Origin: Batkoa obscura | Taxonomy: Eukaryota | Reading direction: 5' to 3' | Assembly (NCBI GenBank): GCA_030770535.1 | Contig: JASVEC010000002.1 | Span: 2,294,001 to 2,358,000, forward strand | Length of the DNA stretch: 64,000 nucleotides | In this document: piece by piece, positions 38,252-52,623 of the stretch | How the letters are laid out: each line of letters opens with the position of its first letter | How positions within the stretch are numbered: position 1 is the stretch's first letter | Position numbers and translations under genes: made by a program | The notes under the pieces: model-generated | Told to the model about the DNA's origin: nothing | The model's input: only the letters and a program-made list of their open reading frames with translations | Databases searched by the model: none

Positions 38252-40384
38252 TTATTTATTGCAAAAAAAAGAGTGAATCCGCTTAGACAGTATAGGAGTA
38301 ACTCTACTAGCTAAATCTTTTGAATTATTAACCAACAATAGCTCATTGTTCTTAGTATCGTTTTGATTATATTCGTTAAGTAAACTAAACTTTATTACTA
38401 ACTTTATAAAATTGTATAAAACTATTACCTTGCTGGAGTAGGATAACTCTTAATGATAATAAGTGCCCTTTTTAATGAACATCCTTTAACACTAAGTAAC
38501 ATTTTAATAAAATATGTTTGAATAGTGATTTGCGATGACTTTGAAGTCAATGTATGAAAAGACTGATAACTTAAGTTTAAATTACTAAGTTTATAGTTTG
38601 ATTTTTTATCATCAAGTAGTATATTTGTTCCAACCAAGTCTCTACTCTATAAAAACTATATCAATATCAATATTATATCATTTAATCATTCAATTACTTC
38701 ATAACTTGATATGATTTTTTGTGTTAAACTTGCTAAATAATTTAAACTCTCTTCCAAATCTTTGGTTATTTTTATTATAAAACCCTCTTTAATAATTGTT
38801 TTACATATGCTAGTTACAATTTGATTATAAGGTATCGTTACGTTATTGATATCATTAATATTAAAACCTTCGATTAAATAAATTATCTTCGATAAACCAC
38901 AAGATTTTAAACGAGACTTAAATAAAAAATAAATATAATACAAAGTAAATGATATAAATATTACTTTCTGCTCTTTAAATCTACCATCTTTTATTGAAGC
39001 GAAGAGATCGTCATATCTTTTCCTTTCAACTATAAAATCTAAAACAATTTCTTCTTCTGGCCCAGAACATCCTGTCTTAGGTTTTGCTACCCATAAAAAA
39101 TCTCCTAAACTTAAATTCCTTTTTTCTAATTTTACACCTCTTCGATTCAATCCTATTTCAAAATAATCTCGATCTTTGACGCTCATTATTTCTCTACTAT
39201 CCAATAGTAATGTAATATAATAATCTTGTTTTTTTAATTCAAATTCTTTGAATATCTCATTAGTGATATTGCTTATTATTTTATCTTGATTGCTATTACT
39301 ATTGACTCCAATCACAGTGTTTTCAACATCTTTTGTTCTACTATTTAATTCAATATCAATTCGTTCATTATCTCGAGTTTCAACTCTGCTATTTATGGTT
39401 TTATCTATGCTATTCATATCATCCCTATCAGTAGTTTCCCTTATTACTGTATTTCTGTTAATTTCAGATTCAGTATTCATATTATAGTTGATCTCTTTCT
39501 CTGCTAAAATTAATCTTTTAGCTAAATCCCATCCTGCTTCAGTTAATGAACAAAAAACAGGTCTTTGTACAATATAAACTAAATCATGCTTAATTAGCTG
39601 CTTTATAGATGACCAACCAGTATAAGCTTGTCCATGTAAAAGTTTATCTAATGGCACATTACAATGCTGATTGGCTATTTGAATGATTTGTTGTTTTGAA
39701 TACTTTTCACTTAAATTACTTTCTCGCTGATGTAGCTTGTATAAAGCTATTAATATTCCATAGCCCCCAGATCTATAAGTTGGAATATATTCTTTAGATT
39801 TAGTTTTTCTATTAGATTCTCTTCCCAGTATTTTTTTAGGTAAGAGCGCCAGTATTCTATTGTCTTTATCAATCTGGTTACCTTGATTGAATTGTAAAAC
39901 TGTTAAATAAAAACTAGAAAAATGAGCTAAAAATTACTTTTGGTTTTCTGTTTCTTCTTAATTACGGTATCACTTCTTTCTGTAACTTCTCCTTGGTTTT
40001 GTTGTTCATTATCATTTACTGTAAAGTCGATAACTTCAGCTAGTTATTGTCTTTAGTTGTTATTGCTTGACTAAAATCAATATACCTTCATTATTTAACT
40101 CATCCCTTTCCTTAATTTTGTGCTCTTCCAATTTTCTCGCTAATTTAGCAGCAATATTCGGGCCTATGCCGTTTAATTGAACTGTTTCTTCAGCATTTAG
40201 AACTGTAGGGCAATTCAACAAAGAGTCATAGGCCTAGAAAGTTAATATTTATCGTTATTATTATTAAGTAACATACTTTCTGATAAACAAATTTTGATCT
40301 TGAGCCATTACATCGTGCTTCAATAAGCCATTCTTCTACAAATTTTAAAAACAATGGGTTACCACAGTTAGTTGAGGACGGCAT
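38252..40384 (-). CDS. MUS81: Crossover junction endonuclease Mus81 (multi-exon)
   Basis: CGNPLFLKFVEEW; HhH LNGIGPNIA; YIPTYRSGGYGIL winged helix; ERCC4 LLLDSRE, LSLGDFLW, IVERKRYDDLFASIKDGRFKEQK. Confidence 0.93.
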
Positions 40385-40835
40385 TTTTATTTTTTGGGTT
40401 TTTTTGAATTTTCAATTTAAAGAAAAGAAACAACTGCAAAAGAAGTGTATTTAATTTGCCTTTTATTGAAAGTATATAGGGATGTCCAAATTAGTTTCAT
40501 TTTTTTATCTAATTTTTATAAAATTTATATCTTGAAAACTTTATTTAAAATCCTATAAAAATAATTTATTATTAAAAGGCAAAAGTACCCAATATAGTTT
40601 TAAATTATTTTATTATAATTTATATTTTAAGTTAGCAGGATTTTACTAAATTTAATAAAAATCCATAGATTAGCAAGGCTTTTACAAATATAACTTATAT
40701 ATCAATATTAGTCAAAACTATAGCATGTAAATAAATTATTTTAATGTTATAATTATATTATTAATATATTACTAAATTGATAAATAGCTAGATGGGAGGG
40801 AGAAGCTGGCCTTAAAACTACAATCAACTACCTTT

Positions 40836-41298
40836 TGTGAAATTTGGTACTCAGTGATTGGAGTCAAAAGCAGCTATTGCTTGGTTGACTACACTATAAG
40901 TTGAAAGGTCTTAGTTTATGTGGCTAAGATAGGCTTGGATTATGAAGAATAGCACGTAATAGACTATAGACTATGTGAAACAAATAGAATAGACAATATT
41001 AATGTAAATCTACGTAAAATGCTATTAAGAAAACTTGGTGGCTTTATTAAATGTTCGAGATATCAGGGAATAATTCAGTTAAAAAGCCTCGAACTACTAT
41101 ACTCTGTAAACTCTTTTATACTCTGAAAAGTATAAATATCAGAATGAGAAGATAATATTCTTTGGGGTGGAGCTAGAAATTTTCATAGCAAATCAAACTA
41201 AGAACATGGGATTGATTTTCTCTGAGCTCCAGAACACAACAACTTAAGTGACTGTTATGTTATAATCAATCATAGAGCTGACAAAGCGATATTTCACA
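40836..41298 (-). mobile_element. Solo LTR (463 bp), inverted relative to 24970-25432
   Basis: TGTGAAAT...ATTTCACA; end-to-end reverse-complement match; flanks CTTT/CTAT may be a degenerate 4-bp TSD. Confidence 0.85.
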
Positions 41299-41583
41299 CT
41301 ATGTATAATCTATTTCAAACTATAATACATATACATTACTAATATTAAAGCAAGATTTATGTATAATTGTCATAAAAAATAAAGACAGTTAAAATCAAAT
41401 TAAAAGTACATACTAAATCATAGCAAACCAGTATAAATTTATTAAAAGGTAGTTCAGCATTAAATATGTTTAATTCTTTAAATAAAGGCTAAGTAAATAT
41501 TTTAAGCTACAAATAGGTATAAAAATTATTTTAAATGTTGATTTAGTTCTTGTCACATCCATTTTATCTTTTATTGGCTTTTT

Positions 41584-43410
41584 TTAATGCCTTGCTCTTT
41601 TTATACTATTTTGATCCAACTTTGAACTATAAAAATCTTCAATAATTTCGGTTTCTAATTTTGGGCCACTAGTCAATTCTATTTCATTTTCTTTTGGTAA
41701 ATTTCTTTTATGTGGAAATAGTAACACATTAATGTTATCTAAGTCAGTAGGGTGAATTTCGTTGCTTATTTGATATGTGGTATAAGGAAAAGGACGAAGC
41801 AATGTAGAAAAAGGATGTGAGACTATTTTTCCTCTTAGGCTTTTATTAATAGTCCAAGGAACATACATATGTGCCAAATTCCTAAATAATCAGATAGCTA
41901 CTTTACAAAAATAGTCGAATTACCTTCCAATAGTTTCCTTTCTATTTACTATATCCTTAATTTCTTCACTATCCTTATCAGGTTTATCCTCCTTTTCGCT
42001 AATTCGATTCAAGAGTTTTAATTTATTGCTTTTATCTGTAATACTTTCGAAGTAATCATTGTTTTGAGATCTAGCAGAATCAACGCTTTTACTTTCATCA
42101 CAAGGATTTATGGAATTATTTTTATTTCTACTATCAAATAAATCTTCTTCTATAGGTTCAATAGAATTTTGCTCTGAAACATTTTTGTTGGAATTGCTTT
42201 CATAGAATTCATTGTATCTAATTTTGTCATTAAACTCGTTGCAATTAACCTTACTATCATAATCTTTGAAATCAATTCCTTCATTATAATCATCATAATC
42301 ACTATATTCATTGTATCTTTCATAATCCTTCCTATCATTATGTTCATCCTGGGCTTTAAAACTTATGACTTCACTTTCTCTAACTAAATGTGTAATATTG
42401 TTTTCACTTTCACTTTCGCTAGAAGGTAAATCATTTTGTGTATGATTAATATCTTGTTCTGAAGTGCTCTTATCAAGATTGTTTTCATCTTCATTATCGC
42501 TAGAGCTTAATTCTATTACCGTTTGACTTTGGACTTCATTATTTTCAATATTTAGCTCCTTGATTAACTCTTCATTGCTGAATTCCTCTCCTTCAGTTGA
42601 TTCATAATCCTCTGAACTATAGTTTTCTGAATTACAGCTATTAAATTCTTGGTTTTCATCTGAATTTTCATATTGGTCACTACGTAAATAATCCTTATTA
42701 ACATCATCTATATTTGATGAGTTAGCTAATTCAAGCTCGCCCAAGTTTGTAAGTTCATTGCCACCTAAAGTTTCAGAATTTGCATCCTTTGACTGCTCCC
42801 ACATTGTAATATCGGGCCTTTGCATCTCATTTTCTACTTTAGTAGTGAAATCTTTAAGCACAGAAAGTTGAGCAGTATCATTTATATCACCACACGAACT
42901 TTTCTGGTTATTATTCGTATCAGGTTGACCCGGTATCTCTAATGTTTCAAGTATATGGTAGTTTACAGTGTTACGTACACTATTATTTTCAAAAAGGTTT
43001 GAAAGACCTGTGTTCGTTGACAGCTTAGAACTGGTCACATTTTTTTCAAAATAAAACTCTTCATATTCGCTACTTTTGCTTATATCTTCCTCATTAATTT
43101 CTATATTCTCTTTTGTTATATTATTTTCGCTTTCTCCTTCCCCTTTGCTTTTTTCTTTGCTTCCTTCCACTGTTATCAATTCTATTACTTCTGTCTCCAT
43201 TACATTGATATCATCTACTTTCCTTATTTCGTTTTCTTCCTCTTTATGGTTTCTTTTTTGATAAGAATCACCTGAATCGAGAAATTGTCCTTCATCTTTG
43301 ATTTTTTCCTGGCTAGAATATTGATCCTTGTTTTTAATATGAAAATCAACACTGTTCTCCCTTAGTTGATTATCATTATTTATTTCATAATCGGTACTTT
43401 TGTTGCTCAT
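41584..43410 (-). CDS. Hypothetical acidic low-complexity protein, 2 exons
   Basis: 496-codon ORF; phase-2 GT-AG intron at about 41882-41923 joins it to RNLAHMYVPW... Confidence 0.7.
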
Positions 43411-43994
43411 TGAATACCACTGGATACAGTTTAACGAAGGTTGCTTAAAATCTTATAATGTTTCTACTGATAATAAAGTGACTGATTTTTTTAACAATAA
43501 AACCTTAAAAGTGATATCAGTTACTAAGTTATTTAAAAGTTGTTTGTTAAACGTAGCTAAGAATTTAAGGAATACTTCAATAAAAACTGCAAAATTTTAT
43601 AGACAAAGACCAAATAGTGATAATAGGAAAAAAATAGGTTTGGCCTAAAACCCTTTTTTATTAATATGAATGCTTTAACATTTTATTTACAATAATTGTA
43701 ATCTATGTTGAAGCTTCTGTTTTTTCCACGGAGTTTTTTTGTACCTAGCTTTGTAAATAATGAGGGATACATAGCTTATTACTATAATGCTTTTAGCTGA
43801 TAATCTGTCCAGATTTTTAAAAAGGAGATATTGAAAAAAAATACATTTCTGTATTTAATATAATTTTTTATATTTATTTTGAACTTAATAAAAGTCAGTT
43901 TTGATTTTTAACATGTTAAATATTAAACTACTTGCTTTTATTATATCGAAGTAAAATATGTTAATCTTTTTTTTAAATATAACTATAATAAGAT

Positions 43995-44036
43995 AAGTAT
44001 GTCTAAATTGGTTTCAGAATTTATTTAAAAACTAAT
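43995..44036 (+). mobile_element. Isolated terminus of the Sola-like element
   Basis: TGTCTAAATTGGTTTCAGAATTTATTTAAAAACTAAT matches the first ~42 nt of the copy starting at 63272. Confidence 0.65.
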
Positions 44037-44127
44037 AGGGATGTATTTTATAAGAATTTTACTAGCAATCTTTCCACTTGAATAGCACTTAAAAAATGGA
44101 AAAGTAATGAAGTCAAAAAACACTCCC
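44037..44127 (+). mobile_element. ~97-bp MITE
   Basis: AGGGATGT...ACACTCCC; family body. Confidence 0.85.
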
Positions 44128-44279
44128 ATGTCGCAAAACAAAAAAACTTAACCAATCTTAAAAAAATATTTTTTTGTTCAAAGTATTAATTATTATATTT
44201 CTAAATCATTTACTACATTGCCACATACTTGTTTTACCGTAGCTTTATGTAATATAAAATTTTAGCTACAGTATTATAT

Positions 44280-44378
44280 GGGAGTGTTTTTTTTGGCTTC
44301 ATTACTTTTTCCATCTTTTAAGCGCTATTTGAATGGAAAAATTGTTAGTAAAATTGTTAAATGCAAAAATACATCCCC
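44280..44378 (-). mobile_element. ~97-bp MITE (near consensus)
   Basis: GGGAGTGT...ACATCCCC; ATAT TSD. Confidence 0.92.
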
Positions 44379-44763
44379 ATATATTAATATTAAAAAGCTC
44401 TTTACCATTATAAAAATGTATGCAAAAGTAAAAATATTAAGATTAAATACCTAAAGTAGGATAATCTTGATAAGTTATTTTCCTTTAGTTTAATATAATC
44501 TTGATAGCCTCAGTTAATTGTTAATCTTTATGATGTAAAAAAATTAGAAAGAGCGAGTTGTTTTTAGAACTTTGTCCATGCTCCATTTAGTTTAGTATGA
44601 TAGTCTTTCAATAAAAATGTCTCTCGTTCAATAGTTATAAATTGATTGCTTTTATTAAAATTTTAACAACCAATTATCTTTAACAAATAAGAGTATGTGA
44701 CTATAGTAAATTTAAATTTAGAACATAATTCAATTTTATTAAATTAATTTATAAAGGTGATAA

Positions 44764-46372
44764 ATGAGTAGCAGTGCGAGTGAAAATAGTGTATCGAATG
44801 AACCTAGCAAACAATGGGAGTCTGACGATGATTCAAATAAAAATAGGAATTGTGATCATTTTGATCAATATGACATTGAAAAAGATGAAAAGCAAGGTAA
44901 TGAAGAAAATATAGATGGAATAGAAAATACTGCTAGTGACTGTAAAAGATATGTAGTTAAAAACAAAACAAACGCGCTTGAGTTTTTAGATAATCAAGAG
45001 ATCACAAGCGTTTTTAAAAATGAAAAAGTTGAATTTGATTTGGTTAATAGCTTGTACAACGCCGAAAATGAGCATAGCCTTAGATTAGAAGAGTTAATTC
45101 ATCCTTGTTTTGATCGAAATGCTTATAATAGACTTCATGAAGTATACAAGCATAATGCCCTAGATGATTTCAAACAAGATAATATGACGAATGCTATGTC
45201 AGAGGGAATCAAACATGAGATTAAAATGTCTAATAATATAATAAAACAAGCAACAAATAGCAAAGAATCTGAAATTTTGGCGACTAGAAGGAATTCAAAC
45301 ATAAGTGAGTTCGAACTAATTAATCTGTCAAATTCAAATGAAAATAATAGTGACAGTTTAAATTTTACTAATACTGGAGAATTGGTTCTAGACCAGGAGC
45401 CTGAAAGTGATAATAGTAGTAAAAGTGAGAATGAAGTGTTAATACAAGGCATAGAATCTAACTCTAAAGAATTAATTGAAGAAGCGAAAAATGAGTTTGA
45501 AGATTACAAAATGCAACTAATTATTGAAGCAGCTTTAAGCGAACTCAAAAAAGACAACGAAGTTGATAAAAAGCTTACAGAGCAAGAGATTATCAGAGGT
45601 ATAGAGGAAGGCTTATTTGATAGGGAAGCTGGATATAGTGGTTTTAGTGAAGTTCAAGATGAGAGAGATTCTGAGGAATATATTTCAGGACAAGATGATG
45701 TTAATTTTATAGGAAAAGGACCAACTGAAAAGAATGATGGATGTAGTAGATTTTTCAAAACTCAAGATCGAGATGATGACAAAAGTGATAATGAAAGTGA
45801 CATTGAATGTGATAATTATTTCAACAACATTATTAATAACTACAATAAGAACAAGACCAAGTTTAATAAGATCAATGAAAGGATGAAAAGATTGAATAAT
45901 AGGACTCTAAAGTATGAAAATAAAATGGTCAAAATAGGATATAATAAGACAGATTATGAAACGTAATTTAATTATTTTTATAAATTAAGTAGCTAACGGT
46001 CTTAGTTGTTTCACTGGGCAAGAGTACGGAATGCATAGAGACAGGATAATTGACCCAAAAACTGGTAACTATTGCAACAAAAGACCATTTTGTCAAAGCG
46101 TTAACAACAGATTTACATATATTTGTAAAGATGACTCTGAGGCTGATGAAGTTGAGTATAAGCATCAACCTAGCTTATCAGCTGTATCTAAAAGGAAATT
46201 GGAGATAATGGAAGAATTGGAATTTCCTACCACTTCTGAGGATTGTACTGAAAAAGAGGTTGATGGCTCGAAAACCGGCGATGATAGTGATGGTAGCATA
46301 AATAAACCTAGATATGAAAGGAATGAAAGTAAAAAACATGAAGAATGGATTAGTGGTTCCAAGAGATTTTAG
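44764..46372 (+). CDS. Hypothetical acidic low-complexity protein, 2 exons
   Basis: 400-codon ORF; phase-2 intron at about 45963-46005 (branch GCTAAC) joins it to TCFTGQEYGMHRDR... Confidence 0.7.
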
Positions 46373-47299
46373 AGAATTATGTACTTATTTATGAGCTGAG
46401 ATGTTTTTTACTAGTTATTATTTAAGTAATTAAATATGTTTGATTTTAAATTGATTCAATAAACTTTATATGTTTATACCATACAACTTAGATTTGACTT
46501 TATTAATTTTATCCTTTTTGATGGATATAATCATATTTCATAAAGGTACAGCTAAGTCGTTATTATTATGATTCAAAAATAACTACTGAATATCGTTAAG
46601 TTTAAACTGTAACAATATATTACACTTAGTACACTGGGTTTATTATCTACATGAATTAAACATAACCTTTATTATTCTCTCAAATAGCTTCTAAGCACTT
46701 TTCCTCAACTTTAATTAGCAAAACTTGTCTAAACATTACAAATTTGCTTTTTGGAGATTAGACATTCTTCACATTAGTGTTTGTAAAATATTCACATGGG
46801 AGTGTCATTTTCGTATCAATCTTATCCACTTTTAAAGCAACGAAAAATTTAACAGTAGTGAAATCGTAAAACGGAAACATGGTTAAGCCACCCTTCCATC
46901 GAGACCACTTAGGATTTTTAACATTAGAATTTTTGTCTCTTATTATTCTATTTCTACTTTGCTTTAGTTTAGTATGTAATCTATTGAAGAACTTCTGGTT
47001 TATACTTACTAGTAAGTTTTATTTATAAAGATTGTCTTTTTAACATTTATCTTTAACTTTGAAGTACAACAAAATATTCACAAGTTCTATATTGATACCA
47101 AACAACCATCTTATTATTAAAATATCATGTAAAAAAACATACATTTTTGAGGAAATAGCTTGCAATATATAAAGTACTTTACTAATAAATGAGAGTACAA
47201 AAAAGTGGGACTATAAACTCATGACAAAAGTAGTGTAGAATAAGGGCTATATATTTTACCAAGCAGTGTAAATTGATAAGAGACTGTTGGAGTTTAGAC

Positions 47300-48646
47300 T
47301 CAATGGCGTCCATGTTGGATTCTAATCCCATGTTTACCACCGCTAGATCCAGGACGAAGGGCATGGAGAAGACGCACAGTATAATCAAAGAGAGCTTCTT
47401 TAGCCATAAAAAGGAAAGCAGCGTTGAGAATACTTTGAAGGAGTTTAGACTGGATTCCTTTGTATAATCCACTTACACCTTCGTTTCTAATGATTTTACG
47501 CATGCCATCCCAGACAGATTCATAGCGTAAAGATTCATCAGTATTGGATTGTCTCAATTGCATACGAGATTTTATTACACTAAAAAAGGTTAATCAACAT
47601 GAAAATAGAATACCAAATTAACCACTTACATATAAGGATAAGTAATAAAAGTAGCAATAAGCTTTCCAATGGCACCTAAGAAAAAAAAGTCTAAGCTCCC
47701 AAGCTTGCGAAATTTTTCCAAAGCATTCTTAGATTGTTCAAATACAGTGTATTGAATAATAGGATTAGAAACTAAAATTAAAGCTGGTGTTACTCCTTGC
47801 CAAAGAGCCAATACACCGTCTTCCTCAATGATATTTTTGAAAGCTTGATAAGAAGAGATTTGCTTTTCTTTTTGCTTTGGAGAATCATCAGACTCCTCAA
47901 TACTCTGTTTACGAGTGGACATACGAGTCTAAATTAACAGCTTTAGTAAAACTTAACTAACAGATTAATACTAGTTTTACATTAACAACCCAGATTGGAT
48001 TAGTGATTAATACAGTAGCAGCACCTAAATCTAGTTTAGATAATAGTTCGAATAAATGAGTTAATGCTAACCTGCAACAGCACCAGAAACCATAGTTTCA
48101 AAAGTAGTAACTGTTTTTCTACGGTTGGCTTTTTCAAATCCAGCTTTGGTCCATTCATAAAAGTAATAATAGACAGCTAAGTAAATAGCAAATTTAGTCA
48201 AAGTTGAAATTTTGAAACTCAAAATTACCATTAGTAAGTGCAATTCCAAAAAGGGCAGAGTCAAGGCCACTAAATAAATTAGTTAGTTATAATTTGAGTT
48301 GTAAATCAGTTACGCATAAAGTCCATTAAGGCCTTCCTCTTTAAAGATCTTGGCAATTGCATCATAAGTACCCTAAACAACAAATTGATAAGCATTACTA
48401 CACTATTAGACATCAGTTATGATATTACTTTGTAAGGAGCTGAGCTACTCGAACGTTGGACTTGAAGTCTTTGACTTACAGTGTTTAGTGGGTAGGTAAG
48501 GAATAAAGAGATTATACCACCACCAGCACCTAATTACAAGAATAATGGTTAGTTACTTCATTTAATTGAGTTGATTGAGTAATAATGGGTAATAATTAAG
48601 CGCTAATGTTATTACCAGATAAAGCATGAACTAAATTTTCAGACAT
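47300..48646 (-). CDS. Peroxisomal membrane carrier of PMP34/PMP47 (SLC25A17) type, multi-exon
   Basis: HALSGAGGG...TYPL; VYYYFYEW; TNPIWVV; PALILVSNPIIQYTVFEQ; GLYKGIQSKLLQSILNAAFLF. Confidence 0.88.
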
Positions 48647-48765
48647 AGTTATTGCTAGTTACTAATAAAAAATATTATTATTATTTGAATACTCTTTTTT
48701 ATTAAAATTGATTTTTATTTAATACTAGAAATACAATAAAATATAATAATAAAATAAATCCAAGC

Positions 48766-48773
48766 TGACGTCA
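48766..48773. promoter_or_regulatory. CRE/ATF-type palindrome TGACGTCA
   Basis: Perfect site about 120 bp upstream of the carrier ATG, in CpG-poor DNA. Confidence 0.35.
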
Positions 48774-49451
48774 CTTATTTGATGTGAAATGGCTTATAAT
48801 GAAGTCTAAGTTGGTACTCTATGATGTTATTTAGAGCTATTGATTGCTAAGATAGAGCCATGGATTAAATGTTGGAAGTTAGCTAAGTAAACAAGTTTAT
48901 TAAAGTAGGGTAGTCGTAAGCACTAAATATATTGTAATAAATCAAATGTATGGTATCTATTTAATCAGACAATGATTGACTTGAATCATATAAAAATAGG
49001 GGAGTATTTTATAGCAGTTGAGTAAAGTTTGAACAAGGGATGTTATCGTTGATTTTACTATTTGTTTATTTGATCCTTGAATGACGTAGAAATAAATAAG
49101 GGATAAAAAATTAGATATTTACCGGTTAGAAAAACGATTAGAGGGATTTAAAAAAGAATAAAAATAAAGATAAACATCTATTTTATAATTTATAGTTGTT
49201 CACTATTGTCTTAAACTATTATATGTTTTATTTTATTTTTACATCCGCATCATTGGATTAATGTCAGTCTGTTTTTTAGTGCCATTTCTGTTTCATTAGC
49301 AACGTGAAAATTAAAGCAAATTTCTTATCTTCCTAATATAGTTAGAAAAGTCAATTATGATTATTTATTCTCACCTTAAAAGTTGTTAAATTTGAAAGTA
49401 ATTTGAAAAAAAATTAAATAAATTGCTGTTGTATAAATATTTTATAATTTA

Positions 49452-51811
49452 TTAGAGATCACCTAAGGAATATATTTGATTAAAATCCCTATCATAAATA
49501 TGTAAAATAGGTAATTTAAAATTAATTGGATGCCATTTTAACCAGCTCAAACTAAATTGAAAACAGTTATTTTCTTTAATAGGAGGTAATTGATAAATAG
49601 GTTTGTTAAATAAAAATAATTTACTATTATTTTTTAATAAACGTTGATAATAATAATCATTCAAATCTTTAGTTTTATCTTCTTTTAAAAAGGGTTGATG
49701 CAAACTAAAATACTTTTTTTTACTTAAAAAATAACTTTTTTTCCTTCTCCAATTACTATGATATCTCTTATTCATCTCTTTCTCTTCCATGTCTTCATTT
49801 AATACTGAGTTTGGTTCAAAACACACTGTGTTTTCATTAAATAATACAGGCTCATCTTTTACAAATATTGTTAGATTCCTTGTGCTGCTACCCTTATTAT
49901 ATATCATTATTTTTAACTTAATAGATTCGCCCATTTTAACTTCGTTTGGGTTTAGATCTAGTGAAATTAAAACGTTATCATTTATATAGTTGGTTAGGCT
50001 TAATTGGTTTGGTGAATTTGGTAGATTGGGTAGGATATCATTTGGAGGCAATATAATACTATTATTGTGACTATGATTATTATTATTAAGTAGTAAGCTA
50101 TTGTTATTATTATTTAACGGGTTATTGTTGCTATTAATTAGATAAAAGTGATTGTTACTAATGTTACTATTTGATGAAGTGTTTAAATAATCAGCTATAT
50201 TTTTTGGCAATCTACTTATTATTGAAGCATTTGAAGAAGTCACTGGCTTTGAACTAGTAGATGATATCGTAATTTCTGAAGAAGTGTTTGAAGAATGAGG
50301 GTAATGATTAATTACTTTGCTATTATTATTTGTATTACTAGTGTCATTATTGATGATACTATTAATTAATTTTACTTTTGAACTATTATTAACAACACTG
50401 TTATTAATATCTAACCTTAACTTATATTTTATCTGTAGTGGCTTGTTATTCCATTGATAATTTGATACACACAACTCTACTTCAACCTCATGTGAGTTAT
50501 TACCAAAATTATTTGTGAATAAATTAAAAGATTCATTGTCATTGTTATTATTTAATATACTGCTATCACTATTAATGATATTACTATTACTGTTTACTGT
50601 TAAATTATAATTATAAATTATATTAAACTCTTCTTTATTGTTTAACCTAAGGGGTAAATTTAGATTTGCATTATTAAACTGCCCATGGTTTGATTTTAAT
50701 TTGATATTTCTTATTAATATCTCATTCTTATTACTTTTGAATATATTTTTTATATTTAATTTAATCAGATACTCGTTATTATTCAATTTGTAGCTTGTTG
50801 CTAAATCTAGTTTTAGTTGAGGTTTGACTATTATATTGATTTTAGTATAAATTCCTGGTATTAAGTAATATTGGTTTAATATATTCTCATAATTTAGCAT
50901 ACCAAATAGTATACCATTATCGTAATAATTATTTGTATTTGAATTGTATAGAGTTAAATTAGGTGTTGTTGGCGTTGAATTACTTGAACTTTGATAATTT
51001 AAAAAATAATTACTAGACAACCTCCATTGAAATTGATGCCTTCTACTTGGTACATTCGGTTTCCCTATTATCATTTCTAACTCCATGCTCAATGACTCTC
51101 TATTAAATATGTTTTTACTATTAATCCTAATACTAAATTTATATAAACAGGCCCATGTATCTTCACAAATAAAATACTCATGATAATTGCTACTCTGCTG
51201 AGGATTATAAATTAAAAATGTATTTTGATTAATTTTGTTTTTATTTCCGTTTATTAAGTCATCCTCATCTATAATATCAATATCTTTATTTAATGGTAAT
51301 ACTATAGCTTCTTCTGAACTATTTTCCAAGTTTAAACTCCAATGTGACAGTGTAGTTGAATTTTTACTGGTCCCATCTTTATCTTCATTCAAATCTTCAT
51401 CAATCTTTGAGGCCATGAAATGATATAGCTGTTCAAATTTATTTTTTATAAGAAATGATACATCTTCTGTAGGTATTATACTTTCTTTCTTTTTGATATT
51501 TAAAAATCCATTTGTTTTATTATCTTTGTTTTTATTTATTAAATTCTCATCAACGTTATATTGTTCTGAACTATGAATAATTAAAAATAGCATTACATTT
51601 TCACCTAAGTTACATATATTATTATAAGATTACTTCTCATTAGTATTAAGATTAAAATTTTACCATGAAAGAATTCCTTTCGAGTATTTATTGAATTATA
51701 TAGATGGGGCTCATTTAATAATTTTTCAGTATCTTGGGCTGTCCTTGGTATTATTAAGCTAATTTTACTTTTCTTCAAAAAGGATTTTGTTGGATCAATG
51801 CGTGTAGACAT
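49452..51811 (-). CDS. TRAPPII-specific subunit Trs65/TRAPPC14-like protein, Asn-rich, 2 exons
   Basis: N-terminal SINTRKEFFHGENVMLFL; C-terminal VKMGESIKLKIMIYNKG...RNL...LPPIKENNCF...LHIYD pattern; intron at about 51606-51663. Confidence 0.55.
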
Positions 51812-52623
51812 TTTTTAATAAAATTTGACTTCTAGTTAGAATAAATAAACTAAAATTAATAAACAAAACAAAATTACTTTTAAAACTTTTAATATACAGA
51901 CAAATTCACTTCTAACTTTTTTAAAATAAGTTCTTAATTTTTTATTACTTGTTTACTATGCTTCTTGTTACAATTCAACTACCATTTATTGGTTCCAATT
52001 AGTTTACGCCGGGTTCCTCCATTTCTATTTTTAGAGCTGGGGAAATTGCTTTAACATTCAAATTCTTTTTTACTGCTAAAGTCTTCATTTTTACCCACTA
52101 CTTTTAACTGAATTTTTATTCAAATCTAAGTTACAATTTGCAGCTCTTATAACTCTTTTGCGACATTTTAGTAGTGATTTTTATAAATTTTTTATATTCC
52201 CAGTTTTTTAATATCCAGTTTCAACTTTGCGGCATAACTAACTACTTATTTGAGAATGAGATTTGTTATAAAATTTAACCAAAAGTCACAACAGGTGTAT
52301 TTTAATTATATGTTACTTTAGCAAAATTTGACATCAAACTTATTATGGGATAAAATTATATTCGTATATTTAAACTTTGTGATTGAATTCAATAAATTAG
52401 TCGAACTATGTACAAAACGAAAACTTTAAAATAAATCTTAAATTTATTATTTGTGATATAGGTAGGATGATAATAAAAGTTTCTTTAATATATAAACCTT
52501 CCATCATCACTATTATTTATTATAAAATTAGACTATTTCTTTAGCTATTAATCTAATCAGTTCCTTTCTATACAAATTAAATAGATTTGTGAAATTAAAA
52601 TCACTCGTTATGTTCTAGTGCAT

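Noticed and set aside
24970..41298. Past inversion between the two solo LTRs inferred from swapped TSDs
   Set aside because: Only one flank pair matches (AAAG); the other (GCTT versus ATAG) does not.
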